This document shows positions 18,867 through 29,200 of a stretch of 64,000 nucleotides of DNA, piece after piece (within the stretch, counting starts at the first letter, position 1; every line of letters starts with the position of its first letter). Below the pieces are notes generated by a model. It saw nothing but the letters and a program-made list of their open reading frames with translations. It had not been told where the DNA came from and searched no databases. The DNA is from Nitrospirota bacterium (GTDB lineage Bacteria > Nitrospirota > UBA9217). Location of the stretch: the NCBI GenBank assembly GCA_963741205.1, contig CAVUHW010000020.1, positions 224,001-288,000 on the forward strand, written 5' to 3'. The position numbers were made by a program, and so were the translations under genes.

Positions 18867-20615
18867 ATGGGTGAAGCCGGCGTGGGAAAAGGCATACTCA
18901 AGGGCGTCGTAAAGTTCACCGCAATACTCGGCGCCGGCTTTTTACTCCTGTTTGTTCTCAAAAAAATGCTGGCCCTGCCGACGCCGGACGGCTACCGGTT
19001 TTTCCCCGTTATCGGCAGCAGGGACTGGATCTGGATCGTCGCCCAACTGCATCTCAATTTTGCCGCTTTTGTCCTCGGGGTCCCTATCTTTGCCGTGACC
19101 ATGGAGTACCTCGGGTGGAAAAAACGGGAGGCGAGGCTCGACCGGATCGCTTATGATTTCACGAAGCTCTTCACGCTTGCTTATACCGTGACGGCGGTCA
19201 TGGGGTCGATCTTCCTCGTCAGCCTGCCGCTGCTTTACCCCACATTCATCGATTACATGATGAAAGTACTCGGCCCCACCTGGTGGTTGTATCTCGTCGT
19301 GATGTACGGCGAAGTGTTCGTCTGCTATTATTATTTTTATTCCTGGCACAAGCTCGCGAACCGGAAGGGCTTCCACGTCGCGCTGGGCGTGTTGTTAAAC
19401 GTCCTTGGGGCCATGCTGCTTTTGATTACCAGTGCATGGGTCGGGTTCATGACCACGCCGGCCGGCGTCAGCGCGGAAGGTGAACTGATGAGCCGGTGGG
19501 GCGCCATCCATACCCATATGTGGATCCCGCTGTTCCTGCACCGGTTCGTGGCCAATATCGTTTTCGGTGCCGGCATCGCCGCAGCCTATGCGGCGTTTCG
19601 GTTCATTACCGCGAAAACGGATGAAGAAAGGGCCTACTATGACTGGATGGGCTACAGCTCCGCGATCATATCGATAGGGGTTTCCCTGCTTCTTCCGGGC
19701 GTCGGCTATCTCCTCGGCGTCGAGATCTATTCCTTCAACGAACAGATGGGCATCCAGCTCATGGGCGGATTTTTTGCCTGGCTGTGGGTCATGCAGGCGA
19801 TCCTGATCGGTGCAATCCTGTTCTTCATCAACTACTACCTCTGGATATCCCTCCATAAAATGCCGGGCGGGGACCGATACTTCAAGTATGTAAAGTTCAT
19901 CTTCATCGTCCTTCTTCTCGGCTATGCGGTCTGGCTGACCCCCCATGATATCTCGTTAAGCCTCGAAGAGGCAAGACGAACGGGCACGTATCATCCTGCA
20001 TTGGGAAAACTCGGCGTGATGGCGGCCAAAAACACCGCCGTCATACTCTCCTATCTCGCCACGTTTTTGAGCTTTGCGATATTCCGGATGAGCAATAAGG
20101 AACCGACCGTATCGTGGGCAAAAACGGGAAACACGATCAGGGCGCTTCTCATCGTTGTCTCTTCCGCGGGTGTCCTCATCCTCGGCGTACTCAGTTATTC
20201 CGTTTCAGCCGCAGTAAGGGTCAAGGTGCTTTCCCCTATCCAGTTCGGTCTTTTCTTTTTCTCCCTTATCGCGCTCTATGTACTGGACAATTACATGTAT
20301 AAGGGGGCCCGGATCATCGGCGAACCCCAATGGGGCAGGATGCCCGAACGCTCGCAGTACGCCCTCATCGCCATTACGGTGACCTTCACCTGGCTCATGG
20401 GGATGCTCGGCTACATGAGGGCAGGCGCCCGGCAATACTGGCACGTATACGGAATCATGAAGAACACGAGTCCGGACGCCTATCTGCCGACCCACGGCTA
20501 CGCATCGATCGTGGTCACGATCGTCACGCTGCTGTTCTTCGTCCTCGTCTCCCTGGTCTTCTGGAGCATCATGAAACTTGAGAAGTTCGCCGGGGAAAGA
20601 AGGGAAAAATCATGA
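18867..20615 (+). CDS. Cytochrome bd-like oxidase subunit I (CydA-like, Nitrospira/anammox type), no CydB partner
   Basis: About 14 TM segments; AQLHLNFAAFVLGVP, LHRFVAN, GYMRAGARQYWHVYG (variant of CydA GRQPW). Confidence 0.85.
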   Translation: MGEAGVGKGILKGVVKFTAILGAGFLLLFVLKKMLALPTPDGYRFFPVIGSRDWIWIVAQLHLNFAAFVLGVPIFAVTMEYLGWKKREARLDRIAYDFTKLFTLAYTVTAVMGSIFLVSLPLLYPTFIDYMMKVLGPTWWLYLVVMYGEVFVCYYYFYSWHKLANRKGFHVALGVLLNVLGAMLLLITSAWVGFMTTPAGVSAEGELMSRWGAIHTHMWIPLFLHRFVANIVFGAGIAAAYAAFRFITAKTDEERAYYDWMGYSSAIISIGVSLLLPGVGYLLGVEIYSFNEQMGIQLMGGFFAWLWVMQAILIGAILFFINYYLWISLHKMPGGDRYFKYVKFIFIVLLLGYAVWLTPHDISLSLEEARRTGTYHPALGKLGVMAAKNTAVILSYLATFLSFAIFRMSNKEPTVSWAKTGNTIRALLIVVSSAGVLILGVLSYSVSAAVRVKVLSPIQFGLFFFSLIALYVLDNYMYKGARIIGEPQWGRMPERSQYALIAITVTFTWLMGMLGYMRAGARQYWHVYGIMKNTSPDAYLPTHGYASIVVTIVTLLFFVLVSLVFWSIMKLEKFAGERREKS

Positions 20616-21127
20616 GGCAGGGCGTCCTCAAACTTGCGGCCATCGTGATCGGACTGAATCTGATTTTTCTCTATATCGGTCTGGAATTTTTACCCCAATC
20701 CGAATCCCGGCCCCCCAAGGTAATCAAGATAGAGGAAGGCATCTCCCCGGAGGACCTGGTCCGGGTCGGCGAAGAGATCGTCTTCGGAAAAGGCCAGTGC
20801 ATGGTGTGCCATCCCGCCAAAGCGGAATCGGGAATGAGGGCGCCGGCAATGGCCACCATAGGCGCGGACATGGAAAAGGAAGCAAAAACGAGAGGAATAA
20901 CCGTGGAAGAGCATGTCTTTGAGGCCCTGGTCAACCCGTCCAAATACGTCGTGAAAGGCTTCGAAGACATCATGTCGCCGGTGCACACTCCCCCGTCCTC
21001 GTTGACCGACGGCGAGATCATTGCAGTCGCGGCTTATCTGCAGAGTAACGGCGGGAAGGCGACGGTTTCCTATCCCGGGTCGGTGCCGATCTTAAGGGAC
21101 CAGATACAAAAGGCGGGAAGGAAATAA
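20612..21127 (+). CDS. Membrane-anchored monoheme cytochrome c
   Basis: N-terminal TM, CMVCH, distal Met region (EDIMSP). Confidence 0.88.
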   Translation: MRQGVLKLAAIVIGLNLIFLYIGLEFLPQSESRPPKVIKIEEGISPEDLVRVGEEIVFGKGQCMVCHPAKAESGMRAPAMATIGADMEKEAKTRGITVEEHVFEALVNPSKYVVKGFEDIMSPVHTPPSSLTDGEIIAVAAYLQSNGGKATVSYPGSVPILRDQIQKAGRK

Positions 21128-21128
21128 G

Positions 21129-21932
21129 ATGCAATTCATATTTCCAGTCATCACGATCATCGGCCTTGCAATCGCCGTCATCTCCAGCCTGAAGAAATCC
21201 CCCTTCTTCAATTTTATCGGCATCCTCCTCGCCGTTTACGGCGGGCTCAAGAGCCTGGCCTTCATCATGCCTCCCCTCCCCGGCCAGGTCGTCGTCATGT
21301 TCATGATCATGTCCTTCTTTGCATTCCTCATCTATTTCTCCATCCAGGACGATACGCTGAAAGCCTTTCTCGAACCCATGAGAGCGGTACTCGCGGACGA
21401 TGACAAAAAAATCCTGCGTATGGCCATCGTGTACGTCCTGATCCCCTTGCTGGCCGCCTACCTCACCTACGCCTGGGTCAAGCCTGCCTTCGAACCACCG
21501 ATATCCGCGAGGATCACGCATCCGGAGCCGCCGTCGGAAATCGAGCTCAAGGGGAACACGATCAGGATACTCGGACTGGAAAATCCCTTGCGCAAGGACA
21601 CGGCAAACCTTGCAAAGAATACGACGGAAGGAAAAGACCTCTATTATCAGAACTGCTTCTTCTGCCACGGCGACGACCTCGACGGGAAAGGGAACTTCGC
21701 CCAGGCCTTCAATCCCGTCCCGCCCCCGTTCCGGGGCACTGACACGATCGCCCAACTGCCCGAGTCCTACGTGTTCTGGAGAATAGCAAAAGGATGGAGG
21801 GGGCTACCCGCGGGCGCTCATCCCTGGGACTCCGCCATGCCCGCATTCGAGGACTTTCTGACGGAAGAACAGATGTGGAAGGTGATCCTCTTTATTTATG
21901 ACGCAACCGGGAACAAACCAAGGACGTGGTAA
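21129..21932 (+). CDS. Polytopic membrane protein with C-terminal monoheme cytochrome c
   Basis: 3-4 TM segments, CFFCHG, SAMPAF. Confidence 0.88.
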   Translation: MQFIFPVITIIGLAIAVISSLKKSPFFNFIGILLAVYGGLKSLAFIMPPLPGQVVVMFMIMSFFAFLIYFSIQDDTLKAFLEPMRAVLADDDKKILRMAIVYVLIPLLAAYLTYAWVKPAFEPPISARITHPEPPSEIELKGNTIRILGLENPLRKDTANLAKNTTEGKDLYYQNCFFCHGDDLDGKGNFAQAFNPVPPPFRGTDTIAQLPESYVFWRIAKGWRGLPAGAHPWDSAMPAFEDFLTEEQMWKVILFIYDATGNKPRTW

Positions 21933-21954
21933 TAAATAGCGGTAACTGCTAAGG

Positions 21955-22080
21955 TTGTCATTCCCGCGAAAGCGGGAATCCAATGGCTTTTCCAGGGATA
22001 AATTCAAAATGGATTCCCGATAGAATCATTCCGCACTCGCGCTCCGGCGCTCGTAGACGCTGGGTGCAGGGGGAATGACG
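21955..22080. repeat. REP/RPE-like palindromic element GTCATTCCCGCGAAAGCGGGAATCCA...TGGATTCCCG...GGGAATGAC
   Basis: Outer GTCATTCCC/GGGAATGAC inverted ends with internal hairpins; the right hairpin carries about 40 nt of extra sequence. Confidence 0.75.
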
Positions 22081-22151
22081 ACAGTTCGGTTGAGGTCGTG
22101 GCAGGCATTCACATACCTGAGCAGTTACAAGTAATGAAGGGAAACATCGTC

Positions 22152-23585
22152 ATGAATTTGTTCATAACCGTCATAATACTGATGCTGCTGCCCGCCTCCG
22201 CGCATCCCCAGGAGAAAGGGAAGGCCCTTTATGACCAGTGGTGCAGCCAGTGCCACGGCGAAAAAGGCGACGGCAAGGGCCCTGCCGCGGACTTCGTGTT
22301 GCCGAAGCCGAGGGATTTTACGAAAGGCACTTACAAATTTCACTCTACCGCTTCGGGCGAGCCGCCGCTGGATTCAGACATCATCCGGTCGATCAGAAAC
22401 GGAAATCCCGGCACATCCATGCCGCCGTGGAAACGGTTCAGCGACGACGACGTGAAGGCAATGCTCGATTATCTGAAAAAGTTTTCGCCCCCTGATACTT
22501 TTGAAACAAAGGGCACCGCCACGAAGATCAAAGCGCCGTCAACAAGCAAGGAGAAACTGATCGCTCAGGGGAAAGAGCTGTACGATAAGATAAAATGCTG
22601 GGAATGCCACGGCAAGGCGGGGCGGGGGGACGGTGAAAAAGGGTGGCAGGAAAAATTCAAGGACGATTGGGGCAATAAGGCCTATCCTGCTGATCAGACC
22701 CACCCATGGGAATACCGGAACGGCTCCGAGGTTAACGATATATTCGTGACTATTTCGGCCGGCATAGAGGGCACGCCCATGACCTCCTACGGAGACACGG
22801 TGCCGGAGGACAAGAGATGGGCGCTCGCCTATTACGTAAAGTCACAGCAACAGACGAGAAACCTCGGTCTTGCCTTGCGGGTGAAAAAAACGGAGACCAT
22901 CCCCTCTTCGACCGATGATCCCGTCTGGCAGAGCGTCGACTACCTCGATCTGCCGATGGCCGGACAGGTGATCTTCGAGCCCCGCGACTTTACCACACTG
23001 ATAACGAACGCGCGGGTGCGGGGAGTCTATACCGGTTCGGATTTGGCGATCATGGTTGAATGGACAGGGAAAAAGCATAATATCGGCGACGACGGCAATC
23101 CTCCCGATGCCGCCCGCATTCAGTTTCCCACGAAAGCTTCGGAAGGCGCCCTGCCGTACTTTTTCATGGGAGACAGGAAACTCGGCGTCAATCTCTGGCA
23201 GTGGAAGGCGTCGGACAATCTGGGTGTCGAACTCATGGCGGGGGGCACGGAGAATGTTACGCAGCAGGAACAGCAGGACATGAAGGTCACAGCCTCCTAT
23301 ACGGATGGATTATACAGGGTCATGTTCAGGAGACCTCTGCAAACCGCAGACAAGAACGACACCGTGTTCGAGGCCGGAAAATTTACTCCCTTCTCGGTCA
23401 CCCTGTATGACGGCAGGAACGGAGAGGAGAACAAGAAGGGTGCGATCTCCGCGTGGTACTATCTGGTGCTGGAGCCTCCGACGCCGGCCACCGTCTATAT
23501 TCTACCGTTCGTTTCGTTTTCTGTGTTCCTGGTCCTCGGTTTGATGCTTCATAAGATCGTCAGAAAAAAAGGGCAAGCGAGGTAG
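22152..23585 (+). CDS. Diheme cytochrome c fused to EB_dh/DMSO-reductase-II gamma-type heme b domain with C-terminal TM (alt-NxrC-like)
   Basis: Signal peptide; CSQCH and CWECH; PRDFTKG; DAARIQFP, PYFFMGD, VNLWQWKA, KGAISAW; C-terminal TM. Confidence 0.85.
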   Translation: MNLFITVIILMLLPASAHPQEKGKALYDQWCSQCHGEKGDGKGPAADFVLPKPRDFTKGTYKFHSTASGEPPLDSDIIRSIRNGNPGTSMPPWKRFSDDDVKAMLDYLKKFSPPDTFETKGTATKIKAPSTSKEKLIAQGKELYDKIKCWECHGKAGRGDGEKGWQEKFKDDWGNKAYPADQTHPWEYRNGSEVNDIFVTISAGIEGTPMTSYGDTVPEDKRWALAYYVKSQQQTRNLGLALRVKKTETIPSSTDDPVWQSVDYLDLPMAGQVIFEPRDFTTLITNARVRGVYTGSDLAIMVEWTGKKHNIGDDGNPPDAARIQFPTKASEGALPYFFMGDRKLGVNLWQWKASDNLGVELMAGGTENVTQQEQQDMKVTASYTDGLYRVMFRRPLQTADKNDTVFEAGKFTPFSVTLYDGRNGEENKKGAISAWYYLVLEPPTPATVYILPFVSFSVFLVLGLMLHKIVRKKGQAR

Positions 23586-23593
23586 ACGCCGGT

Positions 23594-24580
23594 ATGTACA
23601 AGAAAATATATATCCCGATAGACAACTCGAAATACTCGCGCTCCTGTACGCTGATCGGAACTGACCTGGCCGGGCAATTCGGCTCGGAACTTACCGGCAG
23701 CCACATCTACAGCGCCAACTTGCACGACAGGCGGTTCAAGGACATGGAAGTCGGGCTTCCCGGTCACTACCAGGAGGAAGAAAGACTGAAAAAATCGCGA
23801 AAGGTCCATGACTCCCTGATAGGAGACGGGCTCCGGCTGATCTCCGACGCCTATCTTGAATCATTCAAACAGGAGTGCCGAAATTCATCGATCCCGTTCA
23901 CGTGCAAGATGCTGGAGGGTAAGAACTGGCTGGAGCTGGTAAAGGACGTGCGGAGCAGCGGTTATGACCTCGTGATCATGGGGATCCTTGGCCTCGGCGC
24001 AAGCAACGGCAATCTCATCGGGAGCGTCTGCGAAAGGGTCGTTCGGAAAGTCTCCGCGGACGTCCTGGTGGTAAAAAACGACGCCCCGCTTGCCGGCAGG
24101 ATCGTCGCTGCGATCGACGGGAGCGAGCATTCCTATGCCGCCTTCAGGAAAGCGCTGCTCCTGAGCAAGCGGTTCAGTCTTGGACTCGAGGCCGTTTCCG
24201 CATACGACCCTTATTTCCACCGAAGGGCCTTCCAGGCTCTCGTCGGCGTCCTCTCAGACGAAACAGGAAAAATGTTCAAGTTCAAAGACCAGGAAAAACT
24301 GCATGACGAGATCATCGACGACGGCCTGGGCAAGATATACCGGGAGTACCTCGATCGAGCGGTCCGGATGGGGCATGACGAAAGCGTCGAGGTGAAAAGC
24401 GCTCTTCTTGCGGGAAAGGCCTACGAGGAAATAAAAAAGTATCTGGAAAAAGAACCGCCGTCTCTGCTGGTCGTGGGCCGCTTCGGCGCGCACAAAACCG
24501 ACGAACAGGACATTGGCAGCACCACCGAGAACCTTCTCCGCCTCGCTCCGTGCAACGTGCTCATCACCGGCAACCAGTAG
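23594..24580 (+). CDS. Tandem-domain universal stress protein
   Basis: IYIPIDNS, DLVIMGILG, GSVCERVVR; IVAAIDGS, GSTTENLLRLAPCNVL. Confidence 0.9.
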   Translation: MYKKIYIPIDNSKYSRSCTLIGTDLAGQFGSELTGSHIYSANLHDRRFKDMEVGLPGHYQEEERLKKSRKVHDSLIGDGLRLISDAYLESFKQECRNSSIPFTCKMLEGKNWLELVKDVRSSGYDLVIMGILGLGASNGNLIGSVCERVVRKVSADVLVVKNDAPLAGRIVAAIDGSEHSYAAFRKALLLSKRFSLGLEAVSAYDPYFHRRAFQALVGVLSDETGKMFKFKDQEKLHDEIIDDGLGKIYREYLDRAVRMGHDESVEVKSALLAGKAYEEIKKYLEKEPPSLLVVGRFGAHKTDEQDIGSTTENLLRLAPCNVLITGNQ

Positions 24581-24644
24581 ACCGAACGATACCCATCCTC
24601 AAAAAGTGGAACAGGCTATGATCCCCGGTAAGGAGGCCGGAGAT

Positions 24645-25562
24645 TGTGCACGCCAGCAGTTTATGATAAAAATTTTAGAGAAAATTGGGTGACACTTTTC
24701 CGTTGATCGTAACGGTAATTAACCCCTTCATCCTCAGCCAGGCCTCGACGGCGATCCGCCAGGCCGCTTGCGGCTGAACACCCCCATCACTGCATAGTAT
24801 ATCATCCTGCAAGTTTGTCATCCAAACATAGGCATCCCTCCTTTCCCACTTGGTAAACGTTCTTTTGTTCATGAAGTACACTTGGCAGGCGTTGCTGCCA
24901 TGTAGGCACGGACGGGGTTGATGGTTAAGGTCGTGTTCAACCGTCGATGCATAGGCTTCCATGTGCTCGCGCTGGCAGCTGGGCTTGTACGAGAGCTTTG
25001 CGGCAAGCCCGTTCTTCAGCTCGGTTTGCGCCTCTTCGATCGCGCCGTTGTAAGGCGGATAATGGACCGGGCTGTTCAAGGGCAGGACGAAGTAGTCCTC
25101 GAGCACGGCATTGACCGCCGCATGGTTCAGGTTGCCGCCATTGTCCCGTTTGAGGAACAGGGGCGCCCCGAAACGGTCGAAGGTTGCCGCAAGATAGCCG
25201 GATATTTCTTCGCCGCAGGGAACATCTCCTGTCATGGGACGTGAACTTGTAGCGAGACGCGAGGTCCTGCATATGGTTCAGGTACACCTTGCCGCCGTCT
25301 GCGTCATGATGTTTGTATTCGCAGGGGTCCATGGACCATGCGACGTTCGGCACGTTCCAGCTGATCCGCCGCAGATTCTGACGATGGGACGTGTTGAGAT
25401 CATGCCTCGCCATAGCTACCATACTCTGCAGGTCTCGCCGTGACACAGAGGACGCATGACGACCGTATAGTGCGCCTGTGCCCTGCGTGCGGTCCTGCCC
25501 GTGAGACAGCTTTGAGATATCCAGTCCAAGCCTCTCAAGATCCGGCGGTTTGACCTTGGGAG
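24645..25562 (-). mobile_element. 5'-truncated IS (IS3/IS481-like DDE integrase-core transposase, frameshifted)
   Basis: WSMD...DLASRY, LKRDNGG, PPYNGAIE, LNHQPR; possible end at TGTGCACGCC (24645); the left end is missing. Confidence 0.75.
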
Positions 25563-25814
25563 GACCTGAGTGCGAAAAAGGTGATCGCCGTGAACGTGAA
25601 CTACAAGGCACTCGAAACGGAGGAGTTCGACAGCATCGTAAAAATCGCGGCTCACCTCTCCGCCCTCTGGGCGTCCAGGAACGCGCGGGTTGAAGAAAAG
25701 CTCGCGGACGTGCTGGTGAACGTCAATGTTAAGGGAATCTCCCTCTACGACCTCTCGAAGTCGAAAGAACTCCTCCGCCGCGGTCAGGAGGCCACTCGGG
25801 GAAAAATGACTTGA
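25563..25814 (+). pseudogene. C-terminal remnant of a patatin-like phospholipase
   Basis: DLSAKKVIAVNV...ADVLVNVNVKGISLYDLSKSKELLRRGQEAT resembles the patatin/RssA C-terminus; no N-terminus or GxSxG motif. Confidence 0.55.
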
Positions 25815-26211
25815 GATCCGGACACTGTTGTAAAATACTATTGCCGTCTTCCGGAATGTACCCTTCAACTGATAATCGTTAAAAAAGTAACCATTTCAAA
25901 ACCCTTTTTTTTCTTTACTCCGTCTAATATTGTTATAAAATAGACCAACAATATTTTTTGAGGATCCCTATTTATCTTGCCAACTCAGTCTTGCGTTGTT
26001 GCTTGTGATACAGAAGTGAAGATAAACTTCTATCATACAAAGCATGATGCCGTATCCATTCTGGAACTCGCCCACATATTTTTTGATTGATGATGAAAAA
26101 AGATCCGAGAGATCAAGAGAAAACCTCAGTCCTTGTTCCGGCATGAGTACACTTTCAGCGTTATTTCAGCGTTCAGGAAGAACGGATTGCATGTAAAGGG
26201 CGGCCTGGACT

Positions 26212-29200
26212 ATGAAACTGCAGATCGCAAAACTGACCCGACCGCGCCTTACCGGAGTCGTAGAGCGCCGTCGCCTGTTTGATCAGCTTGACCGTATCAG
26301 CAAGACAAAGATCGCGTGGATCTCCGCTCCGGCAGGCTCCGGAAAGACGACGCTGGTGGCCAGCTGGCTCGATGCCCGGAAATTGCCTTGTCTGTGGTAC
26401 CAGGCAGATGAGGGCGACTCGGACATCGCTACGTTCTTCTCATACCTGGGTATCGCGGCAAAGCTTGCAGCCCCGCGGTATCGCAAACCACTGCCTCACC
26501 TCACTCGAGAATATCTGTCCAGCGTTACCGCATTCACTAAAAGCTTTTTCGAAGCGCTGTTCGGCAGAATGAAGCCTCCCTTTTGCTTCGTCATTGACAA
26601 CTATCAAAATGTTCCGCCGGAATCGCGGTTCCATGAGGTGGTCCGTGAAGGGCTGTGGACGGTCCCCGACGGCATGACTGTAGTTATTATCAGCAGGTCC
26701 GATCCGCCTCCAATGATGTCGCGGCTTCACATGAACAGACGTTTGGATATCATCAGGGCGGAGGAGATGGCGTTCACGTTCGAGGAGTCCCGGAAGCTTA
26801 TTACTTCACAGACGAGGGAAAAGCCACCTGACGATGTTATAAAGGCACTGTTCCAAAAGACGGTCGGATGGGCCGCGGGTTTGATACTTTTAACAAGGAG
26901 CGCCGCCCTGGGGGGCGACCTTGCCGAGTGGGATGATGTTCCCGTCGAACAGTTATACGACTACTTTGCGACCGAGGTTTACGAGCGGATAGATGATGAG
27001 ATGCGCACCTTCCTGCTCCTGACCGCTTTTCTCCCGAGAGTTACTGTCAGGGCTGCGGATGCAATTACCGGTAATAAAAATTCGGAACAGATATTGTCCC
27101 GTCTCAGTCGCACAAACTTTTTCACTGCGCGTCATGCAACCTCTGCGTTCGTATCCTACCAGTACAACCCTCTTTTCAGGGATTTTCTTCTGAATCGGGC
27201 CGGGGACCGATTCAGCCGCGCTGAAATCAACGGGATCAAGAAAAAGGCGGCTGAGATTCTCGAAACCGAAGGCCAGACCGAGGATGCGGTGCGGCTCCTG
27301 ATCGAGGCCGGAGAGTGGCAGGGGCTGATCGATCTCGTCATCCGCCATGCAACTGGGCTTATGACTGCGGGAAGATTTCGGACTCTCGAAGCATGGATGG
27401 ACAACATCCCCCAGACGATGACGGAGCAAAACGCGTGGCTCCTGTACTGGAAGGCATCGTGCCATATTACCTCAAGACCCGTGGAAGCCAGAAGCATGTT
27501 CGAAAGAGCATACGAGCTATCTCTGGACGCGCAGGATCCCACGGGATCCTTTCTCTCCTGGACCGGCGTGGTGAATACCTACATGTACGAGTGGCAGGAT
27601 TTTCAACCACTCGACCGATGGATTACAGCATTTGCGGAACTCCTGAGAAAGTACGAGGTCTTCCCTTCTCCGGAGGTCGAGGAGCGCGCCACATCCGCGA
27701 TCTTCGCGGCCATGATGCTCCGCCAACCCCAGCACCCTGATCTCCCTGTATGGGCGAAGCGCGTACAGGCAGTTATGCAAAGCACCGCGGACCCGTTCCG
27801 CCGCATATTCATCGGAAATAGTCTCCTCCTCTATTATCTCTGGACCGGCAGGATCAGCGAGGCAGGAGCGCTCGTGTCAATGCTTTCGCCTGTCATCAAG
27901 TCTGCCCAAGGAGCGTCTCTCCCCAAGTTCCGGTGTTTGAGGTCAATTGCACTCTATCACTTTTATGCATCGCAGCCGGAGCTCGGCCTGAGGACCGTCG
28001 AACAGGGACTCAGACTCGCTGAGGAAACCGACGTTCATCAAACAGATATGATGCTTTACGGAGCGGCAATCTATCATGCCGCACTTCTGGGAGATGTGGA
28101 CATGGCTGAAAGTTATCTGAAACGGATGGCGTTCGCTCGCAATCACAGCAGGCGGCTACGCTGATATCTTCTATGCCAGTCAGTCATCTCTTGAAGCTCT
28201 TCTTCGGGGCGATCATGAGACAGCAGTATTCCAGGCGGAAATCAGCGTTCGCCTCGCGGACGAGGCCGGTGTTCCCCTGATCTTGAACGCTGTTGAGTCA
28301 ATCGCTGGTGTTTATCCTGACGGAGGCACATCAATATGACAAGATCAGGCTGCACATTTCCGAACTCAGGAAAAGAGCAGAGTCGACCAGGAGCACGCAC
28401 ATCGAGGCATGGTGCTCGAGTTGCGAGGCCCAGCTTGCCCTTCAGGACGGCAATGACTCGCTTTTTGCCGAGCGCTTTAAACGGGCGATTGACGTATGCA
28501 AAGAAACAGGACTCAGGCTTTTGACGGTTCCGCCCTCAGCATTTTCTCGCATCTGCGCAAAAGCGCTTGATCTGAATCTCGAGACGGATTTTGTCAGAAA
28601 ACTTATCACCCTGAACAAACTCATCCCTGATAGCTCCACGGCTGTCGCGGACTCCTGGCCCTTCCCTCTCAAGGTCTACACGCTGGGCAGATACACACTG
28701 CTGCGGGACGAGAAGCCCGTTTTGTCCTCTGGCAAGGCCCAGCAGAAGCCGCTCGCGATGCTGAAGGCTTTAATCGCCTTCGGCGGGAAGGGTGTTTCTC
28801 AATCGCAGCTCATCGATGCCTTGTGGCCTGAAGCGGAAGGCGACGCCGCCAACCGGAACCTGGATACCACACTCCACCGCTTACGGAAGCTTTTGGGTGA
28901 TGATGAGGCGATCCTGCTTCATGAAGGACAGGTGAGCCTGAACAACACGCGTGTATGGACTGATGCGTGGGAGTTCGAACGTCTCCTGTGCCAGGTTGAA
29001 GATATGTGGAAACTAGAAGGAGAAAGGGCATGAGTCCGTAGCCGCTAAAGATCCGGCATGCCCCGATCCGGCAGCCCACCGTCCGGAACCCGATCTTGAG
29101 GAAACGATACGACTGACTGAAAAGGCTCTTGCTCTTTATAAAGGCCATTTTCTTCCCGGGGACGTTAAAGATACCTGTACTGTTTCGCTCAGAGAGCGTT

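Noticed and set aside
18867-23585. Calling the cluster a complete nitrite oxidoreductase/nitrate reductase or a canonical cytochrome bd oxidase
   Set aside because: No molybdopterin (NxrA/NarG), Fe-S (NxrB/NarH) or CydB gene is in the window.
28164-28166. In-frame TGA read-through (selenocysteine) in the MalT-like regulator
   Set aside because: The continuation is in a different frame, consistent with an indel, and the position is not a redox Cys site.
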